Positions 1 through 13,739 of a DNA stretch of 64,000 bases are shown in pieces. The stretch comes from Dicyema japonicum. Taxonomy: Eukaryota; Animalia; Dicyemida. The stretch's first letter is position 1. Each line of letters begins with the position of its first letter. Both the position numbers and the translations under genes were made by a program. Under the pieces are notes generated by a model, which searched no databases, had not been told where the DNA came from, and was given only the letters and a program-made list of their open reading frames with translations. The DNA lies in NCBI GenBank assembly GCA_011109175.1, contig RDEW01000044.1:350743-414742 (forward strand), read 5' to 3'.

Positions 1-973
1 AAATGATAGCAATTTATGTTGAGGTCGATATGTCATTTCTGAAGCCCTTTTCGAAGGAAGTATTAATCAGAATAAGAACAAGTCAATTGCTTAGTAAAAT
101 TAGTGAAACAACCACGTATGAAGACGGTAATCTGGTTTCCCTGGGGTGTTAGAATTGACGTATATAGTTTCTAGCAAATTTTAAAAGCCGCCCAAAATAT
201 TTGAATAACTTTCTAAATAAAGCACTACTTTTTTTTCAATATTCGTTGATATTCAGTGACTAAGGTTACGGGTTCAATTCTCGCTGCTGTTCACCTGGTG
301 GAAGGTTCCACGCATCTACGATGCTAAAAAGGCTTGACGAGTGACGCCGTCATCAGTGGACTCTCACTGCGGAAATGGATTGTCAAAAAAGGACCCACAC
401 ACAAGAAAAAGAAAAAAAAGAAGTGAAGATCTTGGATCTACGATTAGTTAAAATTAACTGTTCTTTACTTAAATAAAGTGTGTGTCCTGCCTATACCAAG
501 ACTCCGTGAAAAATGTTATTATTATTATTGTATTTTTTTCCGTAATTTTTCAATATATTTTTTCCGGAGACGTTCAGTCTGAAATCACAATATTCTCTCA
601 GTGCTTCAGGACAAGCATTAAATAATGAATTTTGACAAATTTGACATCTAACATTATCAAGACTTAAAATTTGTCGATTCTGCAAAAACATTTCATTACT
701 AATTTTTCGTAACCAATTTATGATATCACTAGCAACCCAAGCATTTTTGGATGTATATGTATAATTTAATGTTAGTACTCCATAAATTCCAGTTCTTATA
801 CTTTATCCTGTAAAGTGTAGATCGTTATCCAAATAAGTGCCGAAAATTAATAATACAATTTATAAGTTTAATTAAAAATTTTATTAAAATTATATTTTTT
901 AAAAATAATTTTTTAAATTTAAAATAAAATAACGCGATAATTAAAATTATATGCACTACTTATTCTCCGATTA

Positions 974-2126
974 ATGCTTCCGAATAAGTAATCTTTTGTT
1001 TACCAAAAGATTTGTCAATATTCTAGTATTATTAACAATTTTCTTCTCTATACTATATCTGTCTAATTATACGGGACAATATCTAATAGAATTCAAAAGC
1101 AGCCAAGTTTTTGCTTCGATTATCTTGTATAATGCAAAAAATTCTCAATTCGAACTCAAAAGCAACCAAGTTGTTTTGAATCAAACAATTTTTTGCATGG
1201 TGTTGACTAGTGTGAACTACTATAAAACACGTGGAGTTTCTGTTTTAAACACTTGGGGGAAAAGATGTGACAAAGTTTTATTTTTTGTTGGAAGACCGGG
1301 CCTGAGGGAAGAACACGTTGTTTCATTAGACATTAACGACGACTATGAGCATCTCCCATCGAAAACCTTTGGAGCACTGGAATNCTACTATAAAACACGT
1401 GGAGTTTCTGTTTTAAACACGTGGGGAAAAAGATGCGATAAAGTTCTATTTTTTGTTGGAAGACCGGGCCTGAAGAAAGAACACGTTGTTTCATTAGACA
1501 TTAACGACGACTATAATCATCTCCCAGCGAAAACTTTGGGAGCACTGGAATACATTCAAGACAATTTTCCCGGTCAATTTGGCTGGGTTATAAAAGCCGA
1601 TGATGACACGTACATTATTATGGAGAATCTGAGATATTTTCTGAAACTCTATGATCCCTTTGAATCGATCAGTTTCGGCAATAAGTTTTACAAGTTTTTT
1701 CGAAATGGGTACTTCAGTGGAGGGGCTTCATACATTCTCAGCAAAACAGCTGTCGGTAGAGTCGTTTCAGCTTTCAAATCTAAAGTATTCGGTTATGTCG
1801 ACTTTTAGATTAATGAATGTTATGGGGATACCGGAATGGAGGATCTCAAAATGGGGGAATGTCTCAACCACCTTAAAATAACAATCGCTAGCGAAGAATC
1901 CAAGCGTTTAAGATTCAACTCATTGAATTTATATGATACTGCTTTGAAAAGATTCTCAGCGTGGTACAATGATTATAAGAAAATTAAAGATTTTCCAGTT
2001 AGAATGATTTTAAAAATTTAGATGCATCGTTATACTCATAAAAATCTAATCTCCCTGCATTATATGTCACCTGATGATATGAAGGTCGTCGATTTCATAT
2101 TATATAATATTTCGGTAATGAAATAA
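974..2126 (+). CDS. C1GALT1: Core-1 beta-1,3-galactosyltransferase (T-synthase)-like, copy 1; exons 974-987, 1010-1784, 1809-1997, 2022-2126
   Basis: N-terminal TM anchor; GT31/fringe-like motifs TWGKRCDK, WVIKADDDTYIIMENLRYFL, GYFSGGASYILS, EDLKMGECL, ISLHY. Removing GT-AG introns of 22 (988-1009), 24 (1785-1808) and 24 nt (1998-2021) joins all motifs in one frame. 1217-1383 is repeated after the single N at 1384 (probable assembly join). Confidence 0.88.
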
Positions 2127-2229
2127 CACATTTTATTTATTTTTTAAATTTTGAATAATAGACAAAATGAATGTTCGAACCAATCCCTAACCCTTAATCC
2201 ATAACTTTTATTTTTTTTATCAAAGCTTA

Positions 2230-2600
2230 TCTAACGAAAGAGGAGACGGAAAACGTCCTGACAAGATCACATTTTTCACATTCGAAGAGGGATTGGCCTG
2301 GAATACTACTTGTGTTGACCCACTTTCTCATCCAACATTGTCGGGAGCGTGGTAGACAGACTCTAGGCTGATGATAAAACGATGAGGGCAAAGGAGAAGA
2401 AATACGAAGCGCTACGCGACCGATTCGCCTTCTATCCCATTGTGGTCGACACAACTGGAGGAAAATCGTTTTGCTTCCTAAAGAAACTAAGACGCCTAGC
2501 TACACTAAAAAGCCACGACGCACGCGAGACCGGTGGCTTCTCTAGTTGATCTTTGTTGCAATCGTGAGAGGCAACGTTTATCTAACTATACTGCAACTTC
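2230..2600 (+). mobile_element. CRE-like 3' fragment (lineage F2); further copies at about 41255-41400 (-), 41860-42010 (+), 52225-52375 (-)
   Basis: GDGKRPD, TTCVD, YPIVVDTTGG, RLATLKSHDARET, AIVRGN; shared cgcctagctacactaaaaag. Confidence 0.8.
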
Positions 2601-3116
2601 GTGCACTAGTGAGTATTTAAACGACCAATAAATTTTTGAGAACAATAACGATTTATTAACAAATGAGTTAAGGAGTTTTCTGAAGGGTATTACATCTGAG
2701 TCCTACCATAAGGCTTGGACTCCACATCTGGACCCTTCCTCCTTTTTTTATTTTTTTCAGGACGTTTCTCCCAGCTTTATGTACGTGTCTTGGATCTTTG
2801 ATCTTTTCCCGAAACCATTGATCCGATCCTCCACAATCCTGCTAATCAGTTTTAACAGCTTGTTTTCTTTCGTCCTTAGACAGTCTTTCAGTTTCTTTTG
2901 AAAGGAGAGATTAATTGAAACTTTTTTTGTCTTCTCTAAGAAGGATAAAATCTTTTCCCTCATTGAAGAGAAAACCACCCCTCGTACCCATAAAGTAAGT
3001 CAAGGGAAATAACTCCCTTGAAGATAAACAGGTAAGTGTCACGGCTAACGTGTAACTCGTGTGCATAGGAGCGACTGAAAAGCTCTCGAAAACCCCACTA
3101 CTCCGGAATCAGAAAG

Positions 3117-3500
3117 TCATTCTCTTATATAAAACCCCACTACTTTTAAAAAAATGATACGTTCAATCACTTTCGCGAAAGAACATATTAAGACAATTGG
3201 TCTGTAGCTTACCGGATCTCTCTTTGGCTTCCCTGGTTTTGGAATCATCCTCACAACAGCTTTCTTCCATATTAAAGGGAGGTGTCCAACTCGTAACAAC
3301 CCATAATGAAGACATCGCAGATATTCAAATAAAATATCCGGACTCTCTTTGATAGGTTTCATTGATATGTGGTATATCCTTGAGAATTGACCTTGCATTC
3401 CCTGATAGCCGTCATCACTTCAAAGACGCTGACAATGCTATCAGCAATAGGCAGTTCCTCGTCGGAGTGTTTAAATACATCGGCAGACACCTTCTTTTTG
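3117..3500 (-). mobile_element. Jockey/I-group LINE RT fragment
   Basis: GHLPLIWKKAVVRMIPKPGKPKRDPVSYRPIVLICSFAKVIERII. Confidence 0.85.
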
Positions 3501-4539
3501 TCANNNNNNNNNNNNNNNNNNNNNNNNNNNNNNNNNNAATTAACCTCCTTGATATCATAATCGTTATCTTCTCGAAAAAATATTTTTAGTTACTCCATAA
3601 ACAGCAAGTGATTTGTTGGATAACTAGGGGATTCTGGGCTGTGGTTGTGAATAGCCACTTTGGGGTATTTCGCATTCAGTATCCTGCACAGAAGATCCAT
3701 TAGAAGAACAAAGACCTTGTAATATCCCCCTCTTTATCTTTACTTCCCCAATTTCATTGTGCTGATAAATTGAGCATACACGTAATTTTTCTTAATTCGT
3801 TTGGGTATGGCACATGTCTTTCTTCGGGATAGGTGATTCCAGTGTAGAACCACTCATCTGGAGAATGCTTTCCGTGTATTAACTTTGAGACCTCTTCACA
3901 GAGGCGGTCATAATTGATGTGAATTCTTTAAGGAAGAAGTTGTAAACCCCATCACATCCGTAGCTCTCCACTTCGGGAGCTGTTTGTTTACTTCAAGAAT
4001 GCTTTGTCTGCTAAAGTCCACAAACATGTTTTCTGTTTCTGTCACTTTTTGTTAATCAGAAATTTGTTCTCATTGCCCACTTGTTTTTACCAAAGATTCT
4101 CCCAAAAAAGACACTCGCTTTCGCTGAACAAAAATTGAGTATTCATTTGATCCTCGTTTAAACCACGATAAAAATATCTAGATTAAGCTCAAAACACTAA
4201 TTATGTTTTCTTAATTGCTTTCTAGATTTTTGGATTTGAAGTATTTTCTGCACAATCTCTCGTTTCTCATATCTCTGGTTTCCTCTCAGTCCAGTGAGCT
4301 CTGTTATTATTTATGCTGCTTTTTCAGTTTTGTGAGCTTGGCTTCCAAATGGTGGATCCTATCGCTCCTTTTTCGAGCACGTTGCGAGATCTTCATACGC
4401 ACACTGTCCAACATAAACAATATCCGTGATATTGCTTATATTTGTTGGTGGAGATGACATTATATTGATTGTGGATCTAATAGAGATGAAAAACCTCCTT
4501 TCTTGGTACGGTACTTTCCGTGTAGGTTTCTGATTATAG

Positions 4540-5020
4540 CGGGCGATTAACCTCACTTGACGGATTTAAGAGTATAACTCTTCTATTGCATCTCTGCAGA
4601 GACCTCAACTTGGCCCGATGCTTTTCCCTAGACCCCACACAAGCACGTATCAGCCGAATGCCTGAATCTTCGAAGTCACGACTGCGCGTTCCATGGTTCA
4701 TGCGTATCATGGATTCTAGAGGCATTTGAGGCTGGAACTCTGCAGAAGTCCATCGTTCCTTAATTTCGGAGGCTCTTTTACGGCTAGCCTTGATCTTCAA
4801 GACATTTTTTCCCAAAAATNTTTTCCCTAGACCCCACACAAGCACCTATCGGCCGAATGCCTGAATCTTCGTAGTCACGACGGTGTGTTCAACGGTTTAT
4901 GCATATCATGGATTCTTGAGGCATTGGAGGCTGGAACTCTCCAGAAATCTATCGTTCCTTAATTTCGGAGGCTCTTTTTCAGCTAGTCTTGATCTTCAAA
5001 ACATTTTTTCCGAAAAATGA
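4540..5020 (-). mobile_element. LINE C-terminal zinc-knuckle fragment, two tandem copies across the N at 4820; relative at 19690-19900 (+)
   Basis: THEPWNAQS*LRRFRHSADTCLCG resembles a LINE C-terminal CCHC region; near-identical nucleotide copies. Confidence 0.6.
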
Positions 5021-5134
5021 ATAGGCCCCAGATATCAAATGAGTAAAAATGTTTGGTTCAATGTATTGTTTTTATATAGTACTCAAAAAGAATGATTTTC
5101 GTACTTCCATTATCCAATAAGACATTTAAAGTCA

Positions 5135-5395
5135 TTAGTCTTCTCGCATTTTGTTATAACGTATTCTAAATGGGGCAAGAATGGTTAAGGTGTTAGGCAC
5201 AGAGAGTGATTTCACATCCAACATAGTGCGGATTACATAAGCGACTAGTTTGTCCATAGAAGTACTGCCATCCAGGTAAAGGTTGTCAGTGAGTGTGCTG
5301 TAAAGTCTCCAGTCTGCATGTTTGTAGTTGAATTGTTCTGGGAACCTCTTACAAGCAAAGTTTCTTTCTTGATCTAAAATAAAAATCAAAATAAT
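5135..5395 (-). mobile_element. LINE endonuclease-RT linker fragment
   Basis: FNYKHADW motif typical of Jockey/I-group ORF2. Confidence 0.6.
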
Positions 5396-5400
5396 TTTTA

Positions 5401-5810
5401 TTTTAACTATTTATTACGTTTGTTCAATAAATCAATTCTATTTCAACTATTTATTACGTTTGTTCAATAAATCAATTCTATTTTAAATATTTATTGCGGT
5501 CTTTCCATGAAATCATTTCGATTATAACTGCGGTCTTTCGATAAAATCATATCGATTATAACGAATTCTAATGGCGGTTCTTGCATAAAATTAATTCTTT
5601 TGAAAATACAAACCCCACTCAATAAATTTTTTAAAGCCATAATCAATTCCATAACTTAAACCAAATTCATTATCTTATTTGCCCAAACTCATTGCAGAAA
5701 TAGATATTTTATACCCACTCAATAAATTTTTTAAAGCCATAATCAATTCCATAACTTAAACCAAATTCATTATCTTATTTGCCCAAACTCATTGCAGAAA
5801 TAGATACTTT
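5401..5810. repeat. Nested tandem repeats (2 x 40 bp, 2 x 34 bp, 2 x ~100 bp)
   Basis: ttttaactatttattacgtttgttcaataaatcaattcta x2; gcggtcttt at 5496 and 5530; cccactcaataaa...gaaatagata x2. Confidence 0.85.
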
Positions 5811-6076
5811 TCTTGACGATTTTTAAACCCGTAGTTCATTCCTCATATACTCATCTTCATTTTCAACTACCCAGTATTTCTCATATTCTGGTCCATTGTA
5901 TAATAGATACTGGGCGATATTCGAATCATTTTCTTGTTTAAAATCAATAATTTCTTTTCTATTTATTTATCTAAAAATTAGTTTAATTAAAAACTATTTA
6001 ATTTTTAAATAATAAATTAAAATTTAAAATAAAACAACACGATATTCAAATTGAAATAAATAATTATCATCACTTC

Positions 6077-7180
6077 ATGCTACAATTATTGTGTACGAAA
6101 AAGTAAATTTTATGTTGTTCACAAGATTTGTCAATATTCTTGTATTATTAACACTTTTCGTCACTATAATATATTTGTCCAATAATATAGAACACTATCT
6201 AATAGAATTCAAATTTTTTTGTTATTCACAAGATTTGTCAATATTCTTGTATTATTAACACTTTTCGTCACTATAATATATTTGTCCAATAATATAGAAC
6301 ACTATCTAATAGAATTCAGAAACAGCCAAGTAGTTGCTTCGACTATCCTGTATAGTACAAGACATTCTCAAATCGAATTCAAAAGCAGTCAAATTGCTTC
6401 AAAGCAAACAATTTTTTGTATGGTTTTAACTAGCGTAACCAATTATAAAACACGTGGAGTTTCTGTGTTAAACACGTGGGGGAAAAGATGTGACAAAGTT
6501 CTATTTTTTGTTGGAAAACCAGGCCTGAAGGAAAAACACGTGGTTTCATTAGACATTAATGACGACTATGAACATCTCCCATCCAAAACTTTTGGAGCGT
6601 TTGAATACATTGAGGATATCTTTTCTGGGCAGTTTGACTGGGTTATCAAGGCTGATGATGACACTTACATTATTATGGAGAATCTGAGATATTTTCTGAA
6701 ATTCTATGACCCAATTGATTTGAACAGTTTCGGTCTTAAGTTTTACAAGTATTTTCCGAACGGGTACTTCAGTGGAGGAGCATCTTACATTCTCAGCAAA
6801 ACAGCGGTTAATAAAGTCGTTTCGGGCTTTAAATCTAAGGTACTTGATTTTGTCGATTTTAGAATCAACATTGTTATGCAGATACTGGAATGGAGGACCT
6901 CAAAATTGGGGAATGTCTCAACTTCCTTAATGTACCCATTGTCACCGATGAATCCCGACCTTCAAAATTCTCCCCTTTTAATTTTTATGATACTATTTTA
7001 AAGAACTTCCCTAAATGGTACAAAAAATATAGAAAAATTGATTCTTTTCCAGTTTGACCCAATTATGAAATTTAGGAACATTCCAATTTTCACAGAAATT
7101 TAATTTCTCTACATTATATGACTCCTAATGATATGAAAGTTGCTGATTACTTTATTTATAATATTTCGCTTATAAAATAA
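6077..7180 (+). CDS. C1GALT1: T-synthase-like, copy 2; exons 6077-6102, 6233-6839, 6863-7051, 7076-7180
   Basis: Same motifs; introns 6840-6862 (23 nt) and 7052-7075 (24 nt). Intron 1 starts at 6103. A 107-nt tandem duplication gives two acceptors (6125 and 6232); only the distal one keeps the frame open. Confidence 0.82.
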
Positions 7181-7619
7181 CACATTTTATTGACGTTTGT
7201 AATCTGTACTTAATATTATTATTACACAAAGCATATTCTAACTAACTAGCTTAAATTGGATCCCAATACGAAGTGGTAGATTGGAGTTGGTTTCCAGACG
7301 GATGAGCCTGATATTGGGAGATGGGTCCAAATGCGTCAGGCGAGCATGGTTAGACCCACGTGCCTGGTATTAAGAGGTCGATCTGAATTTCTCAGGTGAG
7401 CATATGTAGACGGTGAGACTGGTGTTGGCAACCCGGCTTAAATGTCTCAGCTAAGTATAGGCAACAGTGAGTCTGATGTTGAGAGACCAGTCTGAATGTT
7501 TCAGCTGAGTATGGTTAGATCGATGATTATGGGTTGACAAACCGGTCTAAATCTATCAGATGAGCGTGGTTGGACAAATGACAATTTGTCAGCCAAATTT
7601 GGCATCGAAACGTATGCGG

Positions 7620-7720
7620 AACGCAGACTTTTAATCCTAGTCGTATTGAGATCCCATACGGACGCATTCATCATCCATGAAGGTATCCAGAACTCCATTT
7701 GGAAATAACATAAATTACAA
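7620..7720 (-). mobile_element. CRE zinc-knuckle-proximal relic (paralog at 54870-55000)
   Basis: FPNGVLGTFMDDECV...LGLKVC aligns with 40940-41025 and 50095-50215. Confidence 0.65.
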
Positions 7721-9929
7721 ATGTCTTTATTCATGACAAATGATTGATTGACAGCTGTCAATATCAATTTGGGCGCACACCACCAAGGCTCTAGGGATTG
7801 CGACACGTTTATTAATCAATGATTTCAATTAACGAATTGTGAATAAAGTCCCTTTTTTAAATCTAAATTATTATTTGAAAGAAAGTCTTTTAGTTACTAT
7901 GAAGAAAATAGCATCCAAATTTTGCCGCAAGGAAGTGATCCACGTAGAAATTTAGCTCTGGGATGTGATGAATCAGAGTTTTGTCTCCTGACCTGACTAG
8001 ATTGGTGATATTATCGATCAGTCTGTACCAGGACTACCATGTGTTTTTCAAAATTATAACTCCAATACTTTAAATATGTTATCCCTCTAGTCATGTCGTT
8101 CATCATTTAAAATTTGAGACCGTGGAAAATGGTGTAATATCATTTGATTCGAATAGGCCGACGACCGGCTATCCGCATTCACTCTCTATATCTGACTATC
8201 TAGAAAATGCGGAGAATCTATGGAGAACGAGACCGTTCCCGTTTCTACCAACTCTGTTGGATCTTCGAGGACCCCGAACGAGAGCCAGAACCCGGAAAAC
8301 CAGGATCACTTGATTAGTAGTTAACTTTTAACTTTTTCTAACTCAGTGATCTTAGGGTAAAAAAATAGTGGAATATTGATGAAGCGAAAATAAAGGGGAA
8401 CATGCAAATAATTTATTTGATGGGAAATATTGCCTTTTATACAAACTCAAGAGGATCCTTTCTAAGACTTCTAAATTTTTCAGTGGAGATAGTTATGCCG
8501 CCAGTAAATAAAATAATTACTGAGGTGAGTTGTTTGGTTTCGAGTAGGAAACGAATCCACCCCCAAATGGAAAAAGAGTCAAGGAATATTTAACAAGCAC
8601 GCGATTATCAAAAGTGTTACTAAATCCATTAGGCTTCTTTCATTCTCTGAGCAATACATATAGAATTTATTAGAAACAAAAAACAACCCCCCTCAATTAC
8701 GGCGGAAACCCAGTGATACTCCATAAAACTTTTCGTTTTCAATATAATTTGATAATCTGTCGAAATACCATCGCCCAGTAATTTTTCAGATTTAAACTAG
8801 AAATTCCTTTCTAGATCATGCGAACAATCGTCTTCGTTCATGTCGATGGAAGATGCCCAATGTTTTCACAATCGGCATGTCCTGTGTCTTTGAAGACATA
8901 TGAGAGAAGAAATCTTATATTTTATCCAATATTAAATTTAATGATTTATATCAGTAGAAATTTTCCCGCCTTGTGACGTCTAGCTCTGGAAAACAGGACA
9001 AACAAAGAGATCCCGAACCTCTTCACTAACTAGAGAGAGATAATGTCTACATCGTAAACGACAAAGTTCCACACTGACGGCCCTCAGAAGAAGCAGTTCT
9101 GAAGAGCCGATCTCAAGAGGTATGCGCTCCAGTGTCTTGGATATTTAAAATAATAATTAATTATTAAAAAAAATTATTTATTAAATAATTATTAATTTAA
9201 AAATTGACACGTCGACGTTTTATCGCATTGTCTTGTTGTTGACATTTTCAATTTTATTATTATTATTATTATTTATTAACCCCGGATACACCGAGAAACA
9301 AGTTAAAGTAAACAACTAATTAAGTGTATCCAGTTTTCACTTCTACAGAAACAGAGTCCATCCGGAATCACCATAAAAGGTAAGACGTCCATTACATGCA
9401 GTTGTGGAAACCCCTCCAGTGGAGTGGGGAAGAGCAAATGATCCTTTTCCATACCGGCCTGGCACTGGGCGTCACCTAGACAGGTGGATCACATGACGCC
9501 ACTCTATTAGAAAGAGAGATGAGGAACAGACAAGCAGGCAGAAAAATTTAACCAATTAACCACGCAGCACCAAATGGCGCCACGCGGCAAAGGAACATTT
9601 TCAATTTTGTAGTATTATACTTTAATTAAGTTATAATTTTATATAAATTTTCCTAATTATTATTGGGGTCGGTGAATAGTGATGGAAGGGTATTATCAAA
9701 ATGTGCTTGAAGAATTTTTTGGTAATTTCTTATGTTTGCATCTTCTACGCTATCTTGACTAATCAATGTACTATGTGTTATTCAATATCGAATATATTTA
9801 TATTTGAATTTTTTTGGAAACATATATTTTCAGAATATTCTTCAATTTTATATAAATATTACCCCCCCCCCCCCACCCTTAATAACTTGGTTAACATTTT
9901 TGCTTTTTTTTAACGTTTTACCTTTTATA

Positions 9930-10070
9930 TGAATTACTTGTTTGATCTTCGTCATATCCCCTTGGACATATTGATGCAACAAATCCGTGGTGAAAATAAA
10001 CTCATTTTGGCAGGAGCTGGTAGGAGGAATGTACATGTTTACAATTGTAATATTTCCCATATTTGCTCAA
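9930..10070 (-). mobile_element. LINE APE endonuclease relic
   Basis: ITIVNMYIPPTSS...QGD. Confidence 0.5.
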
Positions 10071-10429
10071 ATGGAGATTTCAACGTATTACCTTCGGAGA
10101 TGGAGGAGCTTAATGCGATGGCGTTATTGTGTAACATATCTGAGATTTGACGAGAGTGTTAGAGTGGGAGGAAAGTGTGTCAATTTCATCTTGTTTGTTG
10201 GAATATCAACGCTCGTTATTTTTTCAATGTTAACACTTTGCTTCCTTCTTGTCCATATCTCTTACCAAAATCAATTTTTTCTATTATTGACATTTTTTAA
10301 CATCCTTCCAGAATAGTGATCATTTCCTTTCTCCTTGTTAATATTTTGATTTATGAGGCCTGTTCAAGTTCTTTCGAGCCCTGGAGGTGTTTGCATATCA
10401 ATCTAATTTTTCTTCGATGACGTCGTCGT

Positions 10430-10680
10430 TAATAACGAAATTGATTAAAGACTGGTCCCTCATCCTTGGACGGAATTCGTTGATAAAATCACTATCAGGT
10501 TTCGACGGATTTTTATGGATATCAATATTAGTTCGACATAACAAATGATCTGCCTCATCCGAGATACGAGAACTTGTACCTCCATCCCGGAATTACGGCA
10601 TTTCGACTCCCGGTCTTTCAAGGAATAATACGTTTATCGAAGTGAACCCACAAGGCATCAAATTTTCTTCCAGAGATTAA
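10430..10680 (-). mobile_element. Possible BED-finger (hAT-like) transposase relic
   Basis: SGRKFDALWVHFDKRIIP*KTG resembles the start of a BED finger; the remainder is degenerate. Confidence 0.3.
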
Positions 10681-11441
10681 AAACATTTAAATGATTTTTA
10701 ATGATTTAAATCTAACAACCATGTTTTTAAGGTACTTTGTTTTTTTTGTATTAATTTGATCAATAACAAGTATTTTCTGGTCAAACTTATTGAAGTATTC
10801 AACTGTGATTTATTTAACGATTTAATCCAGATCGTATGTAATTTTTCTCCTTTTCTTAAAAGAAGAGTTTGCTGCTAATTTCCTTTTATTCTCTATCTCA
10901 ATATTAAAGTCTGCAATTATATCTTCGTTCAGTCTAATGACCTCACGACATGTCAGTTCCACTTGTATATTTGCGGCATTGGAGTATTCACAGTATATAT
11001 TAATTTATACAATTAACAATATGGGAATTATGATTATACTAACTTTATAATTCTTTTTTTACGAGAAGTTTAACGTCGATCAACTTGGTTTTACTTCTTT
11101 CTCGGATTTCGGGTTCTACACCTCACCAATGTATTGAGTTTCTCTAATATTTTATGAATATATTATTGGATTCATCATATAGTGTTGAAGTCTATTATCA
11201 AAATGTCTAATGTCTATATATTTTGGTAACCTATAAATATTGATCGTTCTTCACTATTTGATTTGTCTTATTGCTTATATCCTAATAACAATCCATTGAG
11301 AGAGTCTTAATATTTATTGTTGTAATGAATAAAAGATTTATTATGTCAAAAGTTAATTTATGTTAACCTGTAAAATACCCCTCTCACGAAAAGTATAAAA
11401 AATTCCAAAATCATTTATTGAATTACTCTAATAATCTTTAA

Positions 11442-11750
11442 TTAATTATCAAGATTACTTAACATGATTTTATCTTTGAACATCCATTCTTTAAGGTACG
11501 CTTCTAATTTTTCTTTTTTCACACCTTTCATTATTTTTATTCTTAATTTCTGTTTGTTCCAATAGCTTTCAATTGTTTGAGTGTTAACTCTGTTGATAAA
11601 TACTTTTATATGATTTACAGTCAGGTGTTCGAAATTCAAGAACTTGTTAATATTGAGATTTCCTTTCCATTCATCCGACCAATTGAATGTACCAGGTAAA
11701 CACACATCCATCACTATTGTATAACGTGACCTGTTATCTATTGTCAACAA
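11442..11750 (-). mobile_element. Merlin (IS1595-like) DDE transposase fragment
   Basis: PGTFNWSDEWKG...EHLTVNH...VNTQTIESYW...YLKEWMF. Confidence 0.8.
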
Positions 11751-11829
11751 ATTTCATGTATTTTCTGGTTGGAGTGTATGAAGTATCTACAACCCCCGGG
11801 GGGTACTTTACAGGTGATCCAATTTATCT

Positions 11830-12470
11830 TTCTTTAGGGACTCAACAAAGAATTCTTGATCGTCAGTGAAACATAAAAAATCTATTAAAGATGTAGAATA
11901 ATGGTCCTTGAAAGATTTGATAATTCCACAATCCAGATTATTATGAGGCTCAACGTTGCCCATTAGCAGAATAATTATCCGATTTTGTGACAAAAAATGT
12001 TCATTAATCCTATGAAGCCAACAAACATCTAAACACACCTTTTGTCATCCATGCATTTTTGGATGAAGAATAGATAACATTATGGTTTGACGGGAGGAAA
12101 TTCTTGATGCATCTTAGATTACGAAACTTTTCAAAAATCAAAGGGTCTAATTTTTCTCCTGTATAGCTGCAGCAGACAAAGACAGTTATTTTTTCTTTCC
12201 TGTGTTTGAATCCAAATATTCTTCATTGTTTCGAATAAAAGATTTTCTTTACACTACGTCTGAAAAAAAGACACGTTTCGTCGCAATTGAAAATGTTATG
12301 TTTTTCATATTTGTCAATTTTGATATTAAGTTTAATTAAGAAGTCATCAATCATGGAACTGTCACTTGAAACTTTTTCTCCAGACCTGTATCATGCAGTG
12401 CATTGCTTCCGGCCTTGGACTATTGATCCCCCAGTAAGCCATTCTATGTTCCATTGATATCGACATTCGT
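11830..12470 (-). mobile_element. pogo/Tigger (DDE_1) transposase relic
   Basis: NIFNCDETCLF, KEKITVFVCCSYTGEKLDPLI, RIIILLMGN..PH, LDCGIIKSFKDHY. Confidence 0.8.
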
Positions 12471-13739
12471 ATTTTCAAAACACTTAAATATAATTGAATG
12501 AAGCAATTTTTGATTAGTCTTCTTCAGAGAAATCTTCTTTTGACATTCCTTTATATCAGTGGTTCTCAGCATTTCTGTGACAACTCGCATTATCAAGTAT
12601 TCGATATTATTAGTGTTTCTTCAAAAATATACACACGTTCAAGATTTATTAGTGTTTCCGCAAAATCAATATGTATAAATAAAAGTATATACATTTTTCA
12701 AAAGATCTATCAATTTAAAATATATAAAACATTTATGTAATTGAATCAGGGAAAGTATTTGAATCAACAGTTGTAATACTATAATCATTCTGGCAAAACT
12801 ATAAATGATTTATAATGCAATACAACATTCATTTTATTAAATGAGAAAACATCTCCGAGAAGAAAAGTAATGTCTCTTACATCAAGAAATAACATCTCTA
12901 AATCTGAATTGTAGCTAAGTTCAGGATTTCTGCCAAATTTACAGTTCATCCATTCTCTGTGATAATAAATATATTAGGTCATATTTGAAGAGGATTCGTG
13001 TGACATCAATCTATATCTTGAAAAAAGTACAAGTAATTGACATTAAAAATGTTAAAAATTTGAAATTATAGAGTTTTTTTCGATATTTTTTTAAAATTTA
13101 TGGAAGCATCCTGTAACAACTATTTTGGAAGAAAATAAAATTCTCGAAAAGGATAGAAACTTTAATGATAACGTTAAAAATTATTTGATGCTTTATTTCA
13201 ATAGATTTGATTAAAATTAGTTTAAAGACCTATACAAAATCTTGGTGAGAGTGTAGGCCGACTCAGGAATCCGAGGGCCATGTTTTACTAACGTGTTTGT
13301 GAAAAACTTTATAAGGAGGGATATCAAGTTTAGTTGACTGATAATTATTTTGAGTCAAAGTAAATTTAGAAGTCAACTGCAGATATTGTTCCAAGTCATC
13401 GATGGAACAAGGACATATATCAGAAAAATGATGGGAGTTAACTTGTAAAAAACAGTCGATTCTGTCAAATAAAAAACTGTCTGTCTAATAGGAAATTTGA
13501 CAGTGTCTAAAGATTATACAATTTTTACTAGCAGATACTGAGGAAGACAAAAGTTTTTTAAATATTCACGACTTGTATCAGTGCTCCTTACGCCAGTACT
13601 CCGCAATGCTATGAAGGTAGTAGATTACTTAAACGAACCAATGGTAAAAAAAATCTCTGGAGACGATATAGATTTTTCTTCAGACGATGTGAGTTAATTT
13701 ATCCAGTTTTTGATATTTTAATAAATAGTCAGTATAAAT

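Larger units (their letters stand above)
5908..8030 (+). repeat. Segmental duplication carrying T-synthase copy 2, paralogous to 52748-55305 (copy 3)
   Basis: Collinear upstream region, gene, 54-bp array, CRE relic and downstream flank, ending at gattggtgatattatcgatca. Confidence 0.9.

Noticed and set aside
4540-5020. Tandem LINE tails as a biological duplication
   Set aside because: The copies abut a single N; probably overlapping contig ends.
996-7001. TTG/GTG starts and C-termini given by the track for T-synthase ORFs (e.g. ...RINIVMQILEW...)
   Set aside because: Artefacts of reading through micro-introns with a prokaryotic start model.
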